DNA of 63,819 bases, filler included, from Octopus bimaculoides (Eukaryota): assembly GCF_001194135.2 (NCBI RefSeq). It is 6 parts of 6 records of this genome, joined end to end, with 100 filler letters (N's around TTAATTAATTAA, not from the genome) between each part and the next. Parts side by side here need not be neighbours in the genome. Positions count along the whole stretch, not along the records: positions 1 to 24,386 come from NC_068985.1; 5 more parts are not named here. One strand, written 5' to 3'. Below are positions 1 to 10,857 of this stretch, piece by piece (the first letter of the stretch is position 1; every line of letters starts with the position of its first letter). Below the pieces are notes generated by a model. That model ran no database searches and was not told the origin of the DNA. It was given only the letters and a program-made list of their open reading frames with translations. The translations under genes and the position numbers were made by a program.

Positions 1-358
1 AGAGAGAGAGAGAGAGAACGTGATAAATACAAAGTCTTCTTCTTCCTCTCTCCCATTTAATAGTTTTCTTGTATCCCTCTACCTCTAACATATTTTTCAT
101 AACATAGAAACGTAAAAACACACACAACCACACATACGTGATCTGTGACAATAACATACACATAAACACATACACACATCAACTTTATAACTGTCTTCCG
201 TTCTCCCTTCCTCTCTTTCTCTCTATTCCTTTCTCCCCCTCTCTCTACCTACCTCTTCCTCTCTCGCTCTCTCAAACGCATACACGTGCAAGTACACAAT
301 CATTCACTAAAATATAACTCATGTTCATCAATGTTTTGTAAATATACTACGATTTTCA

Positions 359-448
359 CTAGGGTGTTAGGGTTAGAGTTTTAGGGTCAGGGTTAGGGTT
401 TTAGGGTTACGGTTAGGGTTAGGATTAGTGTTACGGTTATGGTTTTAG
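359..448 (+). repeat. Degenerate (TTAGGG)n-like interstitial array, probably internal to the Helitron-like element ending at 1310
   Basis: tagggtgttagggttagagttttagggtcagggttagggttttagggttacggttagggttaggattag... runs into an N gap at 449-1005. Confidence 0.7.
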
Positions 449-1005
449 NNNNNNNNNNNNNNNNNNNNNNNNNNNNNNNNNNNNNNNNNNNNNNNNNNNN
501 NNNNNNNNNNNNNNNNNNNNNNNNNNNNNNNNNNNNNNNNNNNNNNNNNNNNNNNNNNNNNNNNNNNNNNNNNNNNNNNNNNNNNNNNNNNNNNNNNNNN
601 NNNNNNNNNNNNNNNNNNNNNNNNNNNNNNNNNNNNNNNNNNNNNNNNNNNNNNNNNNNNNNNNNNNNNNNNNNNNNNNNNNNNNNNNNNNNNNNNNNNN
701 NNNNNNNNNNNNNNNNNNNNNNNNNNNNNNNNNNNNNNNNNNNNNNNNNNNNNNNNNNNNNNNNNNNNNNNNNNNNNNNNNNNNNNNNNNNNNNNNNNNN
801 NNNNNNNNNNNNNNNNNNNNNNNNNNNNNNNNNNNNNNNNNNNNNNNNNNNNNNNNNNNNNNNNNNNNNNNNNNNNNNNNNNNNNNNNNNNNNNNNNNNN
901 NNNNNNNNNNNNNNNNNNNNNNNNNNNNNNNNNNNNNNNNNNNNNNNNNNNNNNNNNNNNNNNNNNNNNNNNNNNNNNNNNNNNNNNNNNNNNNNNNNNN
1001 NNNNN

Positions 1006-1310
1006 GTCCTAGCTCCTGCGAAAAGGGATTACCCTGCTATGTATAATCAGGGCAGCGCAAAAAGTTGTTTTGCACAAGCATTTCTATAGCCAATTAGACA
1101 GATGAAATTTACATACGCTTAATAATGTTACGCAAAACAGCCTTCAGACTTTCCCTATTAATTTCATCGTCTTTTGAATTATGAACATATTTACATCATA
1201 AGGGTTTTTTCGTTGTAAGACTTTCTTTTTTAGTTGATTTTCACCTAGCAAGACTTATCGTAGATAGCGTAATAAGTCACACCCGGACAAGGTCGGGTTA
1301 TACTGCTTGT
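1006..1310 (+). mobile_element. 3' part of a non-autonomous Helitron-like element
   Basis: GC-rich subterminal hairpin acccggac-aag-gtcgggt (1281-1298), then 3' end ctgcTTGT (CTRR/CTAGT-like, 1306-1310) abutting (AT)n; 5' end not defined. Confidence 0.6.
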
Positions 1311-1956
1311 ATATATATATATATATATGTACATGTGTATGCAATCTTTCCATTTTATCAATGTGCTATTGGAACAGCAACACAAGTTAGATTAAATAAA
1401 GAAACTAACCTCATTGAAAAATATAAACCAAAATTTAGCCATTTCTAACATTTTATTTTATTTTATCAAAACCACATCATGTTAAATTAACAAAACCTAA
1501 TTATTCCAAACATTTTTGATTATCTCCCGTATACCAATAATATCTCTGATTACCTCCCCATGTTTCAAACTCTTCTATATCACACCATAATGAATAGATG
1601 ACACTTCATCGGTAAAGAAATTTGAAAAATTTGAAAGAAAAATGTGAAACCGTTTATTTCTCTAAAAACAATGGCACTATAATTAAAATTTCATATCATT
1701 TTCCTAAAATAACGATTTTAATATATTTTTTAACCATAATACAAATCTTCTGTAGTTTTTTCATTCTATTTTGTTTTTTTATATATCCAGCCAAATGCTT
1801 TCACATACCAACTTTCTCACCCTATATATATGTATGCATATATATACATATACATGTATATATATATGTGTATATATATACATGTTCATATATATATGTG
1901 TATATATATACATGTTCATATATATATGTGTATATATATACATGTTTATATATATA

Positions 1957-2110
1957 CTCTGAGTGGTTGGCATTAGGAAGGGCATCCAGCTGTAGAAACT
2001 CTGCCAAATTAGACTGGAGCCTGGTGTTGCCATCCGGTTTCACCAGTCCTCAGTCAAATCGTCCAACCCATGCTAGCATGGAAAGCGGACGTTAAACGAT
2101 GATGATGATG

Positions 2111-2112
<2 letters not shown>
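1957..2112 (+). mobile_element. 3' terminal fragment of an RTE-type LINE or RTE-tailed SINE
   Basis: gttggcattaggaagggcatccagctgtagaaac...ccaacccatgctagcatggaaagcggacgttaaac followed by a (GAT)n tail; similar sequence at ~16025-16135. Confidence 0.65.
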
Positions 2113-2162
<50 letters not shown>

Positions 2163-2169
2163 ATGTGTA

Positions 2170-2202
<33 letters not shown>

Positions 2203-2324
2203 CAAGCAACAAACTGAGGTAAAGAGATTCTTCAAAGGGGTGTGTTAAACATCCAATTCACTGGTACATGAGTTGTACACCACATAAATATGGGTATGAT
2301 GCAGTTACAAGGATAAATTAAAAA

Positions 2325-2727
2325 GAGAGATACTATTGACAATCCAATAATTCAACTATATTATGATATTACATGATATACTATGAATATAATAGCACAT
2401 AATATTATATAACATAAACAATTATTTAAAAAACAATAAAAGGCCAACCAATTGTTTCAACTTATATACATTTTCTGATATACGTACCTAATAACAGTTC
2501 CCTTACATATAAGTCACTTCAGGGTCATGGTTTAAAGAGAAACAAAATTCCATGTGAAAGGATAGCTGGATTGTAAAAATTAATTCAAATGTCTATGTAT
2601 TATGAGCGTGAGCATCAACTATTCAATCATCCATCAATTACAATTAAAAAACAACAAAAATACTAACAAACAATACAACTAAGTGCAATCCACAACCATC
2701 GAAATTTACTTCATTACATCTCAAACC
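2325..2727. repeat. Outer left arm of an inverted repeat pair (partner 6880-7260); PLE-terminal-like
   Basis: Reverse complement aligns by eye to 6880-7260 (e.g. gctggattgtaaaaattaattcaaatgtctatgtattatgagc / gctcataatacatagacatttgaattaatttttacaatccagc). Confidence 0.75.
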
Positions 2728-3284
2728 AATCAAAACTTGTTCATGTCCAAGATAGTCCCTTGTCACCACAACCTACAACAGTAACATAGGTGTGTATATA
2801 TATGTATATAATTAAGTATCTAAGTCTTCCCCTATGTATAACTGCAACAAAAAATATATAAATAATTACATCTTCAATACAACTCTTCCATTTATTTAAA
2901 TTAAATGATATAAAAAGAAATTATTGTTTGAATTAACTAATAATAATCTTCTATATCTATTGTTTACTCGGAGGGATAATTCTGTAGCAGATATGAATAG
3001 AAACCTAATAGAAATTTTTCTCCTTGTTTACTTAATTTATCAGAGGGAGAATTCCATAATAAACATTAATATAAACTTAAGGCTGTAAATACGATAACCC
3101 AAGTAACCCATAGATATATATTTAGGCTATAGTAATGGAAATAAAATTTACTAATTTTTTAAGGGGTAACAAGATTTGAAGTTACTTAAATAATGATTTA
3201 GTTTTGGGATTTGGTTTGCAAGATTCTTTATGTGAGTTCGTGTGTTGAAGCATATTCTGTTGTATCTGGGAAGAGTCGTTCTCT

Positions 3285-4112
3285 TTTAGTGCCTTATTAT
3301 TTAACACACTCACTGGTAAAGTTTTTACTAATTTATTTTTCCTAAAATTTTTGTTGTCTTGCAACCTTTTCAATAGTTGTTGACTCTGTCCATTATTGAA
3401 GCTGTGTTCTTTTTGTTTGTTTGTGCGCATGTGTGTGGGTCAGTGTGTGTGCATACACAGGTATGAATGTATGTATGTATGTATGTATGTATGTGTGTGT
3501 GTGTGTGTGTGTATGCTGTATGTATGTATGTGTGTGTGTATGCTGTATATATGTATGTATGTGTGTATGCATATTTACATATGTATGTGTGTGTGTACGT
3601 TTCTATGTACGTATTCTGCCTGCATATTCATGTGTTTGTGTGTGTGTTTGCATGTGTGAGTGTGTGTGTTATTCTGTCTCCTTGTGTGTGCATGTCTTAG
3701 TGTGTGTGTGGGGGGGGAGGTTGCAACTATGTACAGTGTCTGTATGTATGGATGTGTATCTCCATATGTGTGGACATGTGTCTCCATATGTGTCCTTGTG
3801 TGAAGTGAAGTGTGTGTGTGTATAAATGGTCATGTGTTTCAGTTTTCATTTGTGTATGTGTGCTTGTCTGTTCATATAACCTATGTACCTATCTGTCTAT
3901 ACATCTGTTTACATTCATATCCATATGCCTACATACATGTGCATATACATATACACATATAAACACCCCCACATATACATACATCTATCTACATAAACAG
4001 CCCACTAACTATTCTACTCTACCTGTGGGTATGGTGGTATGATATCTACTACATATATTTCCTATTTAGTACTGAGGATGTTTCATTTATGAGGACGTAC
4101 TCGTGTATTTGT
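3285..4112 (-). repeat. PLE 3' end/UTR with microsatellites; inner left arm of an inverted pair (partner 5270-6005)
   Basis: Reverse complement matches 5270-6005 at roughly 88-90% by eye; includes the end of the endonuclease ORF (RQIHEYVLINETSSVLNRKYM*). Confidence 0.8.
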
Positions 4113-5255
4113 CTCGGTGTTGGGTCCTTTGGTTGCTTGGATAAAAGGCAGATGACAAGTTGACCCAGGTTGTCTCCATGTTGGTAGAGTACAGACGACT
4201 GTTTTTTTGTCATCATATAGTCGTTCTACAATGCTCCTAGATGTCTCCCCTATGTATGTCATGTTCATGCTTTTACAAGCACCTTCTATGCGTCTTATGC
4301 TGTAAGCTACGTTTGTAGTTCTACAGTTAATGCCAGTGCTAATCCTACATACCATGCAGTTATCATTGGTGCATATGGTATTCTCAAAGGGGTACATCCT
4401 ACATAGTTGTGATCTGATGGATTTCCCTGGTTTTTCAACAATCTTAATGTTGAGTTTGGTCTCCTTCAGAGCTTGCCTAAATTTACGGGTTAGCTCTCCA
4501 TGGGCTGTGGCCTCTACAAACATCACTCCTTGATACTTGTTAGTTTTATACCACGTGTTCACCCTGTTTGCTTTGTCACAAGTTCTTTGNNNNNNNNNNC
4601 TCTCCATTATGTTCCTCTCAGTTTCTACATTACTGTTACTCGAGTTGGTCTTAACTATGATATTAATGTCATCTACATACCTACTGTAGAGTAAAAGAGT
4701 TGTGGACTGTTCTGCTAAGGAAATACAGGAGTATGGACTGTTCTGCTAAGAACAAATACAGGAGTACATCCTCATAAATGAAACATTCCCAGTACTAAAT
4801 NNNNNNNNNNTGCATAAAGTTTTGTACATGTTTCTTCATTTCATAGGGTATGCATAGTGGGGACATGTTGTTCATTATTCTAACTAAGTCTGCTATCAGT
4901 ATGTTAATTTTCATGTTGTGTGACAAAGCTGAGCTCTTGTGAACAGCATATTTCGAAGCTATGGGTTTCATGTAATAGGAGTGGAGGAGCTACACTCTGC
5001 TGTTCACAGTCTCTAACTAAAGTTCAGTATCAAGGATGGGGAGTCTGTTGTTGGGGTAATCTATAGTTACCTTGATACTTTGGTGGATGGAGTTAGCTAC
5101 TTGCTGGATGCTCTCCATTATGTTCCTCTCAGTTTCTACATTACTGTTACTCGAGTTGGTCTTAACTATGATATTAATGTCATCTACATACCTACTGTAG
5201 AGTNNNNNNNNNNTAAAAGAGTTGTGGACTGTTCTGCTAAGGAAATACAGGAGTA
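4049..5255 (-). mobile_element. 5'-truncated Penelope-like retroelement (RT palm end, thumb, Cys-rich linker, GIY-YIG endonuclease), degenerate
   Basis: LYSRYVDDINI (RT), LLHSYYMKPIASKYAVHKSSALSHNMKINILIADLVRIMNN (thumb), WYKTNKYQGVMFVEAT...CTNDNCMVC...NVAYSI...YIGETSRSIVER (GIY-YIG); frameshifts and three 10-N gaps. Confidence 0.85.
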
Positions 5256-5269
5256 TGGACTGTTCTGCT

Positions 5270-6005
5270 AAGAACAAATACAGGAGTACATCCTCATAAA
5301 TGAAACATTCCCAGTACTAAATAGGAAATATACATAGTAGATATCATACCACCATACCCACAGGTAGAGTAGAATAGTTAGTGGGCAGTTATGTAGATAG
5401 ATGTATGTATGTGTGAGTGTGGGTGTGTGTATATGTGTATATGTATATGCACATGTATGTAGGCATATGGATATGAATGTAAACAGATGTACAGACAGAT
5501 AGGTACATAGGTTATATGAACAGACAAGCACACATACACAAATGAAGACTGAAACGCATGGCTATATATACACATGCACTTCACTTCATACAAGGACACA
5601 TATGGAGATACACATCCATACATACAAACACAGTACATAGTTGCAAAAAACCCATACACACACACTCAGACATGTACACACAAAGAGACAGAGGTACACA
5701 CACACACACACAAAAAAAACATGGACACACAAACATGAATATGCAGGTAGAATACATACATACAAACATACACACATACATATGCACACACACATACATG
5801 CATGCATACATACACACATGTGTATACACACACACTGACCCACATACATGCGCACAAAGAAACAAAAAGAACATAGCTTCAATAACTGACAGAGTCAACA
5901 ACTATTGAAAAGGTTGCCAGATGCAATGAAAATTTTAGAATAATAAATAAGTAAATGAGTGGAAATTTTACCAGTGAGTGTGTTAAATTATAAGGCACTA
6001 AAAGT
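5270..6005 (+). repeat. Inverted copy of the PLE 3' end placed at the 5' truncation point
   Basis: Begins with the endonuclease tail QIQEYILINETFPVLNRKYT* and continues as the reverse complement of 3285-4112. Confidence 0.8.
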
Positions 6006-6879
6006 AAATAATGATTAATATTTGTATATTATAGAAGGGAGAATTTAGTGAATCGATAGAAACCATTAATATAAACCAAACAAGTAATAAGAACTGTTCT
6101 CAATGAACTAATCTATATTATTATTTACAAAATGAGGGACCATATCTGGTGCATATCCAAACTCTATCAATACTTTCAGAAGTAACAAACAATATTGTTG
6201 TAATAAGAATACAATTTATAAACTATACAATACTATAATAATTATTATTTTGATTATTAAATTTATTTAGTAAGTCAAATGAAACTATTTATTATTATTA
6301 TTATCATTATTATTATTATTATAATTATCATGAATTAATTAATAAATGAAATAAGTGTATTTACACACCCATTTATTTAGTATAATGAAGACATCTTATT
6401 TGTGATATGCAATTAATATTAAATACAAATATAATGGTAAATTTAACAGTAACTACAAGAATGTGCACTGAAATGAAGCAATTCAGAATTGGTCCACTAA
6501 TAATCAATTTCTGAAATTAAGTTATTATATAGATTGAGATGACAAAACTCAAATATATACATATCTACAAACACACACACACACATATACATACACACAC
6601 ACATATATACATATATACACATACAGATACATATACATATATACACATATATATAAGCATACATATATAAAAACACATACATGCATATATACCTGCATAC
6701 ATACAGATACACTCACATCCAGATATATACAAATCCATTTACACACAAAAATAAATAGCCATATGATTACATGTTTACATAGTGATACAATATATGCATA
6801 TATATACATTCACATACATATATATAGACAAATATATCTGCAGAGACTTCCATAGACATACGTGTATACTAGTATGTGT

Positions 6880-7260
6880 TTGAGATGTAATGAAGTGAAT
6901 TTCAATGGTTGTGGATTGCACTTACTTAGTTGTATCATCCATTAGTGTTTCTGTTTTTTTTTTTTTTTTTGTAACTGATGGATGATTGAATAGTTCACAC
7001 TCATGCTCATAATACATAGACATTTGAATTAATTTTTACAATCCAGCTGTCCTTTCACACAGAATTTTGTCTATCTTTAAACCCTGACCCTGAAGTGACT
7101 TATATAGAATAGAACTGTATATAAATCGAAACAATTTGTTGGCTTTTTGTGGGTTTTTTTAATAATTGTTTATGCTATATTATGCTATATTATATTCATA
7201 GTATATCATGTAATATTATAATATAAATAAATTATTGGATTGTCAATAGTATATCTCTAT
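6880..7260. repeat. Outer right arm of the inverted pair (partner 2325-2727)
   Basis: Reverse complement similar to 2325-2727; contains a hammerhead-like motif at 7087-7143. Confidence 0.75.
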
Positions 7261-8077
7261 TCCATCCGAAGCAATGCATCGATCCAGACTCATTTTCCAC
7301 TGTTCGAAGCAGTCCTGGAACTCTTGCGAAGTGATGCCTTTTAACACCTCTGTCATTTTTTCTTCACCTATTCTACATCTTCAAATTCTGTAGCACCAAC
7401 TTTCATCACCAGTGATGACCTTTGAAAAAAGGTCTAGATCAGTTTCCAACTGTTCTTTCGGTTTGTGACATGCATATAGCAGTGACTACTTTTGATCTTC
7501 TTTGAGCAAGTGAGGCACAAATTTTGTTGCAACTCATCTCATTAGCAATTCCACACTCCAAATTCATAGGCAGGAGCTCCAGGACACACCAGTCATATCA
7601 ACAAGTTTGTCGATTGTTCAGTTATGGTCCTTCAAAATTGGTTCATGAATTTTTGTAACGTTTTCATTTGTTTGGGAAGTTGACAGTTGCCCTGAGCAAA
7701 GTTGGTCTTCAAACAACAAGTGACCATTCCTTAAGTGTGAAAACCACTCATAAACTTGTGTTTTGCTCATGGCATAGCATCCTTGTAAGATGTTAGAAGT
7801 ATGACAACTGTTTTGGCCACCAGTTTACTTAGTTGAAAACAAAATTTCATGGAAGCACACTGTTCCTTCATTTCAGCCATCACAAAAATCGATGAACAGG
7901 AAAGAAGCACTGCAAAGCAAAGATGCACCACATGGCAGTAGGACTACACTTGATGATGTCAGTTGGCATACTGATGCCTGAGGGTCACATCAAGTGTCTT
8001 CTAGCAGTGGAAGCCTGAACTACAATGGGCTTGTCTCACAGAGAATGTTTCCAGTTACTTTTGGGTACCCCCTCATA
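7258..8077 (-). mobile_element. Internally deleted mariner (irritans-like) DNA transposon relic
   Basis: Terminal tatgagggggtacccaaaagtaactggaaac (8048-8077); MKFCFQLSK...FVPHLL...FSKVITGDESWCY joined directly to the C-terminal KMTEVLKGITSQEFQDCFEQWK..LDRCIASDG. Confidence 0.8.
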
Positions 8078-8244
8078 TAGCCAATAACTCTGAATGAGCT
8101 TTGCATAGCATTCTACATGATTTTTACCTGAATCTTATTTAACTCTCTCTCTCTCTCATATATATTCAAGCACATACACAATACTCAATGTAAGTGCTTT
8201 ACTGGTCAGCCACAATTTGATGCCTTGGAAATGACTCTCTCAAA

Positions 8245-8464
8245 GCACCAGGTGTTAAAACACCTGAAAATCATAGTCATAAGACAGACAAGGCAACTCA
8301 CACCAAGTCCCATTCAGGAGCAATGAACATTGATGTTTCGCAATGTTTGTGGCTTATCAACAAAACATTGATGTTCATCACTCCTGAACAGGACTTGGGA
8401 TGAGTTGCCTCACCTATCTATGATTACGACTTTGACTTTCAGGTGTTTTAATACCTAATGGTGC
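8245..8464. mobile_element. Fold-back/MITE-like element (~220 bp) with ~90-bp imperfect inverted arms
   Basis: ggtgttaaaacacctgaaaatc...aggcaactcacaccaagtcccattcaggagcaatgaacattgatgttt is mirrored by aaacattgatgttcatcactcctgaacaggacttgggatgagttgcct...ttcaggtgttttaatacc. Confidence 0.65.
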
Positions 8465-8540
8465 GAGACGGTATTCTCCTTCACATTAAATCACAGCCAA
8501 CTGGAAAACAAACAAAGCACATACATTGTGTATGTGTGTT

Positions 8541-8586
<46 letters not shown>

Positions 8587-8588
<2 letters not shown>

Positions 8589-8905
8589 CATGGCTGTGCA
8601 ATTAAGAAGCACACTTTGCAACCATGTAGTTTCAGGTACAATCCCACAGTGTGGCACTTTGGGCAACTGTTTTCCACTCTAGCTTCAAGTCAACCAGTGC
8701 CTTATGAGTGAACTTTTTAGTAGACGGAAACTGCGTGAAAGCCTGCCATGTATGAGTTATATGTCTATGTGTGTGTCTTTATATTTGTCATCCCTACATA
8801 CACTGCTTGACAACTGGTGTTGGTTTGTTTACATCTCCCTAGTGGTTCGGCAAAAGAGACGATAGAATAGATGCCAAGCTTAAAAAAAAAAAAAACATAC
8901 ATACT
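8587..8905 (+). mobile_element. tRNA-derived SINE family A (degenerate copy)
   Basis: ggcatggctgtgcaattaagaagc...ttgggcaactgt...gacggaaactg...ggttcggcaaaagagac, similar to the fuller copy at 53707-54117. Confidence 0.65.
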
Positions 8906-9030
8906 GAGGTTCATCTGTCCAAATAAAACCTTTCAAGGCAGTACCACAGTATTGTTACAGTCCAATGACTGAAGCAAGCAAAAGAAAATTTATGAATAAA
9001 TACACACACACATACATGATTGTCATTTAC

Positions 9031-9180
9031 CTGTAATGCACAGTTGAGAAGTCGCACTACTAAATCAAACTGCTGGTGTTCCAGCATTGCTCTGTTGCTT
9101 TGAATATGGTAACTAAGTTCTTGGGTTAAAGCAAGTCGAGCCACTTTATTATTCAGAGCACGCAGGACGGCTGGGAAAAT
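9031..9180 (-). CDS. Sbf: Sbf (MTMR5/MTMR13, SBF1/SBF2-like) internal exon
   Basis: ttcttttcag|150 nt|gtaaat, phase 0-0: IFPAVLRALNNKVARLALTQELSYHIQSNRAMLEHQQFDLVVRLLNCALQ, matching the remembered SBF2 segment [47 protein letters not shown]. Confidence 0.92.
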
Positions 9181-9439
9181 CTGAAAAGAAGTAAGTTTTA
9201 CAATTGACAAACAGTTTTGAATAGCACTCCACAAGGAAAACTTGTTGCTAAAAAATTCAAATTAAATCATACAGAATCTTGAAGTATTTTCTTAATTATA
9301 TATCAAAAATGAAGAAGTAGAAGCATGTGAGAATAAAGGAGAGAGAGAGAGTGAGATATGCAGATTCAAACATTTAGACCACACAGGATGATATTGTAAC
9401 TATACTCGATACTCAAACTTCACAATGAAAGATGGAGTC

Positions 9440-9800
9440 TATGCATGTGTAAATTCTACTCAACCTGTCACTATCCTAAATATCAGCCTCTTCGATCATG
9501 GCCCTTCTTGTGTCAAGAACATCTATCTCACTTCACCTTTCTCTGAAGTCATCATCATCACTGACTTCAATGCTCACAATTCTTTGTGGCTTTCACACAC
9601 ATCCCATATTGGTGCCATTACTTCTAGATCTATTAGTTTCATCTCTATACATTTCCCTGACCAGCACAAAAATAGCCCCTCCTAACACCTTTGATCTCTT
9701 TCTTGCCTTCAAATCACCACCATCTCTAAACTAATCAGTTGCTTCGACCAATGCCTCATCACAACAATCCACCACACGTCCACATACTACACTATATTCC
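9440..9800 (+). mobile_element. Degenerate non-LTR retrotransposon APE endonuclease fragment
   Basis: SEVIIITDFNAHNSLWLSH (GDFNAH..W-like) and PNTFDLFLA (LDLFL-like) motifs; many stops. Confidence 0.55.
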
Positions 9801-10691
9801 CTCACTCCATCTCTCTGAGCTCTGCCAGTTCTACGTCAAGTCCCTGGTAGCAAATGCACTTCAACCAATCTTTCAGGAAAAGGTAGGCAGGTGACTGAAA
9901 TCACTGTGCTAAGCGACTTCCTCACCAATCCATACTCAACCCTAACTCCCAATTCTTCCAGCCAGTTCACTCACAGCTGTGCTGCAGCTGTTCAGAAAGA
10001 AAAGGGCTAACGATACTTGAGAAAATCCTCCACCATTACAAACTGTACATTTTCCCCTCAGCACCACAATTCCAAAAAAGCAAACTCCCCAAACTATGCC
10101 CAACTTGCAGCTGGTCCTTTTTAATCCCTCATCAAAATGATCTCATCTTCCTTGCTTTCACTTTTCCACCAAGCTTGTTAAGAGTAGTTGCATGGTGGAA
10201 ACATCCAGATATTCTGCCCATTCTATACTGTATACACTAGCTAAATCTTTTCTTGAACTATCCTTTTCTCTTCCACCAGGCCTACCAATATACATAAATA
10301 TCAGATGAGTGTCATACTACCTCTCATCACTTCAAATCAATAAGGCTATCATCTACATAATATCCTTTCCATTACCCTCATCTGTTAACAATATAAACAC
10401 GAGTGCTTTTATACAACACAAGTCCATATGAGAAGTCCCCCCTTAAAAGAGGAATAAAGCTGTAGTCTGTATTCTAATATAATATCTATGTTAAGTTGGG
10501 GATAAAGATAGCTTTTTGATATTAATACTATTTCTGTTGCCATGTCCATACACACACACACACACACTCTCCTGTCATCAGTTCATACCGAGCACACAAC
10601 AGTTTCAATTTAATAGTGAGTATATAGTGAAAGGAGCTTTAGCATGTTAATGGGAAAGTATTTATCTGCAGGCTATACTGAATATAGTTAC

Positions 10692-10857
10692 CTTTCTTGC
10701 ATCTGAGATCTTATTTTCAAATATAAAATTGATGCAGTTCCTTAAGACTTCCAGTCGACGAGCATTGTTATCAACCACTTTCTGTTTATCCACCACTGAA
10801 GATATTGGAGGACCCATTGGCACTATTCTAGGTTGATGTGGTCGCACATTTAATAAC
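10692..10857 (-). CDS. Sbf: Sbf (MTMR5/MTMR13) internal exon, upstream of 9031-9180
   Basis: attattccag|166 nt|gtaact, phase 2-0: [55 protein letters not shown]; splices in frame to the IFPAVL exon; RRLEVxRNC.xFIFENK is an SBF signature. Confidence 0.92.

Noticed and set aside
359-448. True chromosome end
   Set aside because: The array is short, degenerate and flanked by ordinary sequence within a gene-containing block.
4600-4800. 200-bp exact direct repeat of 5110-5330
   Set aside because: Bounded by 10-N joins and identical to the other copy; most likely an unmerged contig overlap.
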